IMG/VR virus record: IMGVR_UViG_3300026768_000034
Coordinates: 1-5,170 of that record
Direction: 5' to 3' (one strand)
DNA length: 5,170 bases
Position numbers and translations under genes: made by a program. Numbering within the stretch: position 1 is the stretch's first letter; every line of letters begins with the position of its first letter. The notes below the pieces were generated by a model. It was not told the origin of the DNA. It searched no databases and saw nothing but the letters and a program-made list of their open reading frames with translations. This document shows, piece by piece, positions 1-5,170 of this stretch.

Positions 1-81
1 GGTATGAATGGGGCAATGCCCCGTGACTCTGGTGAAGCCCAACGGCTGAGGATTGATATTAAATATTATGAAATCCTATGA
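1..81 (+). CDS. tnpB: C-terminal tail of a TnpB (IS607/IS200-605 superfamily OrfB, ISC1904-like), 5'-truncated by the window
   Basis: Frame 1 is open from base 1 to TGA at 79-81 and reads GMNGAMPRDSGEAQRLRIDIKYYEIL*. From memory this closely resembles the C-terminus of Sulfolobales IS607-type TnpBs (...RRGMN..RD.GEAQ.LRIDIKY.EI.). Not database-checked, and the RuvC/Zn-finger core lies outside the window. Confidence 0.7.
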   Translation, partial: GMNGAMPRDSGEAQRLRIDIKYYEIL

Positions 82-93
82 AGCCCAAACCCC
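1..93 (+). mobile_element. Right end of an IS607-like (tnpB-bearing) insertion sequence; boundary approximate (~93)
   Basis: tnpB tail followed by AGCCCAAACCCC. There is a 10-bp direct repeat TGAAGCCCAA (33-42, 79-88), TATGAA occurs three times (3-8, 67-72, 77-82), and GGGGCA-A-TGCCCC forms an inverted repeat (10-22). Short direct repeats rather than terminal IRs are typical of IS607 ends. Confidence 0.55.
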
Positions 94-105
94 GAGTCGC
101 TTCTC

Positions 106-117
106 AAACATCTGTTT
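106..117. repeat. Palindromic 12-mer AAACA-TC-TGTTT, copy 1 (15-nt identity 103-117 with 3230-3244)
   Basis: Read directly: ctcAAACATCTGTTT. Confidence 0.85.
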
Positions 118-126
118 AAGAAACGC

Positions 127-136
127 TTTCTTTTTT
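127..136 (+). terminator. Oligo-T tract, possible archaeal terminator of the tnpB/reRNA transcript (overlaps the next TATA box)
   Basis: TTTCTTTTTT at 127-136, with a further T5 at 142-146. Confidence 0.35.
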
Positions 137-140
137 AAAC
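133..140 (+). promoter_or_regulatory. Archaeal TATA box for a leaderless transcript of the + strand operon
   Basis: TTTTAAAC lies at -30 to -23 relative to ATG 163, the canonical spacing for leaderless Sulfolobales mRNAs. No SD precedes ATG 163. Confidence 0.6.
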
Positions 141-162
141 CTTTTTGCGGGAAGTTAAAGAC

Positions 163-450
163 ATGAAGCCAGAGTGTAAAGTCCTTTTGAAAGCGTTCGA
201 AAGTATTTCCTCTATTCAAAGTAAATACGATGAAGATTTCCCTGAAATGCTGTCATACATGTACCTTGTGCTGAAAGGTTACTGGAGGGTTAACGATGAC
301 GGAGAAACTGAGGAAGTAAAAAGACCACCGTTCACGACTATATCCCTCCTTAAAGTCATGAGGGCAATAACGGAAAAAGTCAGGAACGGTACCCCAATCG
401 AAGAAATCATAAGCGAAAAGGAACTGTGCGGGGACGTCGAGGAGGTATGA
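163..450 (+). CDS. Hypothetical protein, 95 aa (MKPECK...)
   Basis: The ORF track starts at TTG 145, but ATG 163 fits the TATA spacing. The stop overlaps the next start (ATGA, 447-450). Confidence 0.75.
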   Translation: MKPECKVLLKAFESISSIQSKYDEDFPEMLSYMYLVLKGYWRVNDDGETEEVKRPPFTTISLLKVMRAITEKVRNGTPIEEIISEKELCGDVEEV

Positions 451-860
451 CAGCAGTAAACCAAACCGTAATAAATGCGTTACCTCCGTTTTCCTACACC
501 CAGGTCTTTCTGGTCGACCTCGCAGGTGGGTTCATTATACTGACAATAATTGAGCTGTTTATGCTGAGAAACAGTAGCTTAACCCATCTACGGCTAGCAC
601 TGCCGTTTCTAACGTTTTCGATAGGCTTTACTCTAATTTCCCTATACCTTTCTCCTTACGTCACATATAACCCAGTATACACTACACCGTTCAACGTAAC
701 GTACAGGATCACGCCCTACAGCACAGATGGGGCTGTTCTCTTGTACATCAGCATCGCAGTCCTTGCCATGGCTATAGCGTACTTTATTTATGCGTTTGCG
801 GTCGACGTACTGCACATTTCCTTTGGCAGTAGTAAGGACGGCGATTATTTCATACCTTAA
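447..860 (+). CDS. Hypothetical membrane protein, 137 aa, ~3 TM helices
   Basis: ATG 447 in an ATGA overlap preceded by GAGGAGG. Three hydrophobic segments (VFLVDLAGGFIILTIIELFML; LALPFLTFSIGFTLISLYL; AVLLYISIAVLAMAIAYFIYAFAV), a Y/T/P-rich loop, and sequons NQT, NSS and NVT. Confidence 0.8.
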   Translation: MTAVNQTVINALPPFSYTQVFLVDLAGGFIILTIIELFMLRNSSLTHLRLALPFLTFSIGFTLISLYLSPYVTYNPVYTTPFNVTYRITPYSTDGAVLLYISIAVLAMAIAYFIYAFAVDVLHISFGSSKDGDYFIP

Positions 861-862
861 GG

Positions 863-1465
863 GTGATACCAGTGTTACCGTTTAAGAACCTGACATTGTT
901 TAAGAAGAAAAAACCGTCACCAACCGTCTATAAGAATTACGACGCGTTATTATTTTTGCCCCCAGCCCTAGTCAGCATTGATAAAAAAACGAAGGTAATA
1001 GAAAAAAATGGTGTACATGTCGCGATAATGTACTCGGAAACCAGCGGTGTTTCTGTAATGATGGATTTGCCCGTCGACTTCTTGAAAGTATACTATAAAA
1101 TGACTACACAAGTAAACCAAGGGAACCCGAGCGACAGGATAGTCTATTTTGCAATAGTTTACATTTCTCCGAAAGAGTATGCAAGAAAGAGAGAGAAAAT
1201 ACTAAGGATGGGCGTGAACGCTAAAAGGAAGTTTTTCGTCTTCCCAAGGTGGGTCTGGCTCGTCTTGGAACGTTCTAACGATGCACTGAACTATTTCGTT
1301 ATAAACAAATTTGAAGATGATGAACCTACCAACTACTCGAAGGAATTTGACACGTTCGGTGCCGTTGGGCTTACCTACAATAATTACTTTATTTTTGCTA
1401 GTGTCGCGAGGAAGGACTATATAAATTCTGTAAATAAACGGAGATCTCTCGGTCTCTGGTGGTGA
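863..1465 (+). CDS. Hypothetical basic protein, ~197-200 aa
   Basis: Long ORF starting 2 nt after the upstream stop. The true start may be the in-frame GTG 872, since GGGTGA (861-866) is SD-like 5 nt before it. Lys/Arg-rich, with no recognised motif. Confidence 0.8.
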   Translation: MIPVLPFKNLTLFKKKKPSPTVYKNYDALLFLPPALVSIDKKTKVIEKNGVHVAIMYSETSGVSVMMDLPVDFLKVYYKMTTQVNQGNPSDRIVYFAIVYISPKEYARKREKILRMGVNAKRKFFVFPRWVWLVLERSNDALNYFVINKFEDDEPTNYSKEFDTFGAVGLTYNNYFIFASVARKDYINSVNKRRSLGLWW

Positions 1466-1469
1466 AATA

Positions 1470-1991
1470 ATGTCCCTCTCATATTTACAATCACTCGTCG
1501 GGAAAAACGTGATATTATTCAACTACCTACGTAATGTGTTCAAGAATAAGATATACAAAATAGTCGAAAGTGAGGGTGAATACACTCTTCATGTCGATAT
1601 GGGGATACCTAGCAGGTTACAGCACAGGATTACTTACCCTGGGATTTACTTCATTACGGACGTAATGATACAGGGTACTAACTATGTAATTTATCTGAGA
1701 AAACAGGTCGACCTAAAGAAGTTTGCACTGGTAAGCTCGGTAACGACTTCTGAATACTACATTTCTTCGTACCGTAAAATACAGTACAAAACCGATAAAG
1801 GGTATACGTTTGACGCTTTAGAATTCGATATAGGAGGGTTCAAGCACCTTACGTTTAACTATAATAAGTGTATTATAGCGAAAGTGAAAAAGACTGGTCA
1901 TAAGCGTACTGCTATATGCTTAGGTGATAGTGTGCTTATACAAGATATAAACGAGATTACGTGCAATTGTGAGTGGTTTAAGGTCGAATAA
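1470..1991 (+). CDS. Hypothetical protein, 173 aa, basic and probably beta-rich
   Basis: ATG preceded by the SD GGTGA (1461-1465), with a 4-nt gap from the previous gene. Cys residues cluster near the C-terminus, including CNC. Confidence 0.8.
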   Translation: MSLSYLQSLVGKNVILFNYLRNVFKNKIYKIVESEGEYTLHVDMGIPSRLQHRITYPGIYFITDVMIQGTNYVIYLRKQVDLKKFALVSSVTTSEYYISSYRKIQYKTDKGYTFDALEFDIGGFKHLTFNYNKCIIAKVKKTGHKRTAICLGDSVLIQDINEITCNCEWFKVE

Positions 1992-1999
1992 AGAGGTGG

Positions 2000-2662
2000 T
2001 TGGCAACGGTATATACTAAAAAAGAAAACGAAATCCCTACTCCTGAGCAGATCCAGTTCGTTGTATACAAAGACGTATGCATGCAGAACAACAGCTTTGC
2101 GTATCCTACCTTAGCCATAGAGAGGCTGAACACTATAATGCTTACCTACTACAGCGACGAGGTAGAAGAGCTATGGAGGGAATTAGTCCTAAAAAGATAT
2201 GAGAATGCCACGTCTGAGGACGAACTAAGGCAAATACTAAAGATCGGTTGCGATATTATGTTCATCGTCATGAACGCGTCTGGTGAAGATGTTAAGTCGT
2301 TGGTAACGAAAATACTGAACAGCACAGGGAAAAAACATCTGTTTTATGTTAACGAGGAGGCACTTGTGGCTGAAAGTTCGTATCTCATAGACGTGTTGAC
2401 AAAATTCGTTAACCCCAACGGGTTCGACGTGTTGACTGTTCTGAGCATACTAAAGGACGTGCAAATTAGGACGGCTACTATGATTAGTAGTATTAAGGGG
2501 ACGTCGCTATACCAGACGCTTGTCAGCGAATTAGGCATAGATGAAAATACTATTGAGAAAAAATGCACGGCGAAGTACTATAGAGAATGCGTAACCGAGA
2601 AGAAAACGCAATTGTTGAAAGCGTTGCAGTTTATCAGGATGAATATAAATATTCCGCGTTAG
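2000..2662 (+). CDS. Hypothetical protein, 220 aa, probably alpha-helical
   Basis: TTG start preceded by GAGGTG (1993-1998), 8 nt after the previous stop. Last gene of the + operon. The start is uncertain. Confidence 0.8.
   Translation: MATVYTKKENEIPTPEQIQFVVYKDVCMQNNSFAYPTLAIERLNTIMLTYYSDEVEELWRELVLKRYENATSEDELRQILKIGCDIMFIVMNASGEDVKSLVTKILNSTGKKHLFYVNEEALVAESSYLIDVLTKFVNPNGFDVLTVLSILKDVQIRTATMISSIKGTSLYQTLVSELGIDENTIEKKCTAKYYRECVTEKKTQLLKALQFIRMNINIPR
2333..2344. repeat. Palindromic 12-mer AAACA-TC-TGTTT, copy 2 (extends to AAAACA-TC-TGTTTT, 2332-2345), intragenic
   Basis: Read directly, within the KKHLF codons of the 220-aa ORF. Confidence 0.8.
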
Positions 2663-2671
2663 AACTAACCT

Positions 2672-2680
2672 AAAAAAGAA
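2672..2680 (-). terminator. Oligo-T terminator of the - strand transcript in the 19-bp convergent gap
   Basis: The minus strand reads TTCTTTTTT just after the TAA of the 83-aa gene. Confidence 0.55.
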
Positions 2681-2681
2681 T

Positions 2682-2933
2682 TTACCATGTATTTACATTT
2701 ACATTTAGTTTTTTGAGCAATTCGTCCAAGAGGTCTTTATCCATCATTAAAACGTCTGCAATATCATCAAGGTATTCTTTCACTATTTTTTCCAAATCAC
2801 TACGATTAAACTGGACATCACCAACATCAACGTCAACATAACCCCTGAAGTCGTCGCATACGATCCCTTCATGCTCGTCGTAATCACATATGTCCTCTAT
2901 TTTGCTGTATTTTATGAACACTGGGACTTTCAT
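2682..2933 (-). CDS. Small acidic hypothetical protein, 83 aa (anti-defence/DNA-mimic candidate)
   Basis: ATG directly abuts the upstream TAA. About 21 D/E versus about 10 K/R by manual count. Confidence 0.8.
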   Translation of the reverse strand: MKVPVFIKYSKIEDICDYDEHEGIVCDDFRGYVDVDVGDVQFNRSDLEKIVKEYLDDIADVLMMDKDLLDELLKKLNVNVNTW

Positions 2934-3188
2934 TTAGCTCACGTCGACGACTACTAGCCTGTCACCTTCTAACCTAGCTTTTATTGTGAACACTGGCTCG
3001 TTCCTGCCGTATACTTTAATCAGTAGTGTGTTGTCGTCAATGATAAAGTAGTCATAGTCATCCCACGTCCTCATGTGTTCGTTTAGGAATTTTTCTATTA
3101 AGTTCTGGACAACATCCCAATCTAGCTTTAACAGACCTGTCCTATGGAAAATGCTTTCTTCTTCGTCATTCGAAAATTCCTGAGCCAT
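2934..3188 (-). CDS. Small acidic hypothetical protein, 84 aa (MAQEFSNDEEE...; 87 aa if GTG 3197 is used)
   Basis: ATG 3188 preceded by GTGGT, or a leaderless GTG 3197. About 18 D/E versus about 9 K/R. First gene behind its own TATA box. Confidence 0.8.
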   Translation of the reverse strand: MAQEFSNDEEESIFHRTGLLKLDWDVVQNLIEKFLNEHMRTWDDYDYFIIDDNTLLIKVYGRNEPVFTIKARLEGDRLVVVDVS

Positions 3189-3219
3189 TTTGACCACTAT
3201 ATAATACTATCAAAAACCG

Positions 3220-3227
3220 ATATATAA
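3220..3227 (-). promoter_or_regulatory. Archaeal TATA box driving the two small acidic genes
   Basis: The minus strand reads TTATATAT at -30 to -23 from GTG 3197, in the only sizeable intergenic gap of the - strand block. Confidence 0.6.
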
Positions 3228-3230
3228 GCC

Positions 3231-3920
3231 TCAAACATCTGTTTGTGAGTGCGGAACAGGATCTATTATAATTACGGAACATATCGTGGCGTTTTGTGCA
3301 TATATAACTAGGGTATTATCGCATATGTACGATTTTACTTCTCCGCCATTATGTACCACTGTTATGCTTCCATTTAGTGGGTAGTATAACGTCTGTTCTA
3401 TCAGTGCTGTCCCGTTTACCGTGATTTTTCCCTTCTGCACTGTTACATGCCCGTTATATAGTATCTGCCAGCCGTATTCCGATACCCCATACGACGAGTT
3501 GTATAATACAGTAAAATTAGGGTTTACGATCGGGTATATTATGCCTGCAGGGGCGAACCCGCTTATAGCTAATACAGCAGTTTGAGTGCCGTACAAGTAG
3601 AACGTAATTACATAGGGAGATTGCTGTGAAATAGCAACAGTAGGGTCTGGTGCTGTAACGTTTACTATAATACGGTCGTGTGACTTTAGGATTATTACGT
3701 TCGGGTACCAACGGTGGCTATTAACTGTCACTACTAATTCGTATGTTTTATTGGTAGGGTTTTGTATGCATACCGTTAGTACGTTGTACTTATTTATTCC
3801 TCCTATATCATAAAAACCCAATACCTTTGCGTGCAAAAACGGGTGATAGAAAAAAATAGAAAACGTGAAAAGAGATAGTATTATAACTGCTAATATTAGT
3901 ACGGTTTCAAACTTTTCCAT
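3231..3920 (-). CDS. Membrane-anchored extracellular (glyco)protein, ~229 aa
   Basis: Probable start is ATG 3920 (MEKFETVLILAVIILSLFTFSIFFY, a signal anchor) after GGTGGTGGGAG; the ORF track extends to 3953. Beta-rich V/T/N/Y composition and 7 N-X-S/T sequons (NKT, NVT, NFT, NSS, NGT, NGS, NAT). Confidence 0.8.
   Translation of the reverse strand: MEKFETVLILAVIILSLFTFSIFFYHPFLHAKVLGFYDIGGINKYNVLTVCIQNPTNKTYELVVTVNSHRWYPNVIILKSHDRIIVNVTAPDPTVAISQQSPYVITFYLYGTQTAVLAISGFAPAGIIYPIVNPNFTVLYNSSYGVSEYGWQILYNGHVTVQKGKITVNGTALIEQTLYYPLNGSITVVHNGGEVKSYICDNTLVIYAQNATICSVIIIDPVPHSQTDV
3233..3244. repeat. Palindromic 12-mer AAACA-TC-TGTTT, copy 3, 5 bp upstream of the - strand TATA box
   Basis: Read directly. 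Overlaps the last codons (QTDV*) of the 229-aa ORF. Confidence 0.85.
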
Positions 3921-4956
3921 CTCCCACCACCCATTCTGCATATTGTAACGCAAAATAAAACGTGAAATAATCTAAATCTCTATAGGAGAATATCCAAATC
4001 AACGCTGGGAGACCCCAAGCTAATTCTTTCCTATTATTATATAATAGGATTAATGCGAAAAGAGACACTTCAAGTACGGTATACACGAATGAGGGGATAG
4101 GTAAGCCGAACGCGGTAAGGAGTGAAAACGAAACGCCTTGCTGTGCAACTGGTTGCGTAATAGTTATAACGGACGCAAGGTACTGCTTTGAAATGAAGGG
4201 TATTGATGAAAGCAGTAGCGGTAGCACAAATTCTGCTATCTTTCTAAGTTTCTGTCTCTCAAATTTAATTAGGAGAATGGCTATCAGTATCGCGAACTGC
4301 TTTACGTCTGCAGAGATCCCCAGGAGCAAGTATCTTAACCTCTCATTAAGTAGGGCAAGAAACGCAATGGAATATGCGAAAAGGTCTAGTTCCTGCCCTG
4401 ACGCAAAATCATATGAAAGTGCGGGAAATAGGAAAAAGGATGCGATGAAAGCGTTTTCGTGTCTTTTGATGAAGGAATACGTGAAAGCCAAAACAGCTGT
4501 TATTACGTCTACTGTTTCAAGGTTGTGCAGAACTGCGACACTGATGAACGACAACGGGGGGTAAATATAGACTGACGGCATAAATGAGTTTGACGTAGTG
4601 CCAGTCACAACGTTATACGGGACGTGATATATGGAAAACGCTTTAGCCATTGAGTAAAGGTACGGGTTTTTTCCGTCTAGGAACAATTGCGACGCGTATA
4701 ATATTATTGCTTCCTCATCCGTCAGGATGGGTAACCCCGTCACTATATTCGCTACAGCTGTAATAGTCGCGATAGCAAAAGCCGAAACAATGAGTATCCT
4801 TTGCCTCACGAATATAGAGAGCATGCCTAAGGCGACGACGAGGAATGCGGAAGGCAGTAAATACGGTTTTCCGTCACCTAAAAACGCCGTCCCTATACTG
4901 GTTAAACCTAGCCCTGCCAAAAACCACGATATATTATCTTTCAATTTTTCTTCCAT
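3907..4956 (-). CDS. Polytopic membrane protein, putative GT-C-fold glycosyltransferase (GT87/DUF2029-like), 349 aa
   Basis: About 10 hydrophobic segments. A loop carries the acidic TDEE motif followed by LDGKNPY and YIYPPLS, and ISADVKQ has the conserved Lys. This motif order is typical of GT87-like lipid-linked-sugar transferases. ATG 4956 is preceded by GGGTG (alternative start GTG 4965). Confidence 0.7.
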   Translation of the reverse strand: MEEKLKDNISWFLAGLGLTSIGTAFLGDGKPYLLPSAFLVVALGMLSIFVRQRILIVSAFAIATITAVANIVTGLPILTDEEAIILYASQLFLDGKNPYLYSMAKAFSIYHVPYNVVTGTTSNSFMPSVYIYPPLSFISVAVLHNLETVDVITAVLAFTYSFIKRHENAFIASFFLFPALSYDFASGQELDLFAYSIAFLALLNERLRYLLLGISADVKQFAILIAILLIKFERQKLRKIAEFVLPLLLSSIPFISKQYLASVITITQPVAQQGVSFSLLTAFGLPIPSFVYTVLEVSLFALILLYNNRKELAWGLPALIWIFSYRDLDYFTFYFALQYAEWVVGDGKV

Positions 4957-4968
4957 AGCCAACACCCG

Positions 4969-5169
4969 CTATAATTTGTCCGTGTTTATCGGGGTGATAC
5001 CTAACGTCTGTGCTATTTCGAGCGGAGACAGCATCTCTACCCTCATTTTCGACGTGCTTACTCCCGCGACTTCCATTATACTCCTTTCAAACGCTAACAA
5101 AAGTAATATCACTAGTTTATGTGCCTCATTAAGCTTAGCTATTATATCGTCATAATTCGCATCGCTTGA
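4969..5169 (-). CDS. C-terminal 66 aa of a hypothetical protein, 5'-truncated by the window (not in ORF track)
   Basis: Open frame from the window edge: SSDANYDDIIAKLNEAHKLVILLLLAFERSIMEVAGVSTSKMRVEMLSPLEIAQTLGITPINTDKL*. Its TAG (4971-4969) lies just before the GT-C gene start, consistent with an operon. Confidence 0.7.
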   Translation of the reverse strand, partial: SSDANYDDIIAKLNEAHKLVILLLLAFERSIMEVAGVSTSKMRVEMLSPLEIAQTLGITPINTDKL

Positions 5170-5170
5170 T

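Larger units (their letters stand above)
1..126 (+). ncRNA. Putative 3' part of the TnpB omega/reRNA (scaffold overlapping the tnpB 3' end, plus guide from flanking DNA)
   Basis: Established architecture: TnpB reRNAs overlap the tnpB 3' end and extend past the right end. A GC hairpin at 10-22 and a downstream T-tract at 127-136 are compatible with this. Boundaries are inferred. Confidence 0.4.

Noticed and set aside
33-88. Mini-CRISPR array (TGAAGCCCAA repeated with a 36-nt spacer)
   Set aside because: The repeat is only 10 bp with two copies and lies mostly within the tnpB coding tail; it is better explained as IS-end repeats.
145-162. TTG start at 145 (and the 426 start of the next ORF)
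   Set aside because: TATA spacing favours ATG 163, and the ATGA overlap favours ATG 447.
279-464. 61-aa - strand ORF
   Set aside because: Antisense shadow of the 95-aa gene, Ser-rich, with no expression signals.
1202-1522. 106-aa - strand ORF
   Set aside because: Antisense to two coupled + strand genes that have SD support.
2344-2568. 74-aa - strand hydrophobic ORF
   Set aside because: Antisense shadow of the 220-aa gene; its hydrophobicity is expected from complementing A-rich codons.
2690-2707. Short tandem (ATTTAC)n-like repeat
   Set aside because: Only about 2.5 units encoding NVNVN at a C-terminus; low-complexity sequence.
3517-3711. 64-aa - strand ORF in an alternative frame
   Set aside because: Nested in the 229-aa gene, with atypical composition and no SD.
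3907-3925. Programmed -1 frameshift joining the GT-C and glycoprotein ORFs at GGAAAAG
   Set aside because: Fusion would need a +1 shift, there is no in-frame X XXY YYZ heptamer, and the downstream ORF has its own SD and ATG.
4193-4564. 123-aa + strand ORF
   Set aside because: Antisense to the motif-bearing GT-C gene.
5000-5035. HTH-like segment LSPLEIAQTLGITP in the partial ORF
   Set aside because: The protein ends 6 residues later, leaving no room for a recognition helix; insufficient to call a regulator.
4727-5155. 142-aa + strand ORF
   Set aside because: Antisense to the GT-C gene and the upstream partial ORF, which form a coherent - strand operon.

Overview
AT-rich (~40% GC by eye), densely coding window with archaeal (Sulfolobales-type) expression signals: TATA boxes ~23-30 nt before start codons, GGTGA/GAGG ribosome-binding motifs, oligo-T terminators and overlapping stop/start codons. 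It reads like an archaeal virus or other mobile element; a bicaudavirus-like origin is inference only. From left to right: (1) the 3' tail of an IS607/IS200-605-superfamily tnpB gene and its right end (1-~93); (2) a + strand operon of five uncharacterised genes (163-2662), one encoding a 3-TM protein; (3) on the - strand, converging on it, a partial ORF, a GT-C-fold (GT87/DUF2029-like) polytopic glycosyltransferase, a membrane-anchored glycoprotein-like ORF, and a separately promoted pair of small, very acidic proteins (anti-defence candidates). The most notable unexplained signal is the palindromic 12-mer AAACATCTGTTT, present three times (106-117, 2333-2344, 3233-3244). Two copies lie just upstream of the two promoters, and the first lies in the DNA flanking the tnpB right end, where the TnpB guide would be encoded.
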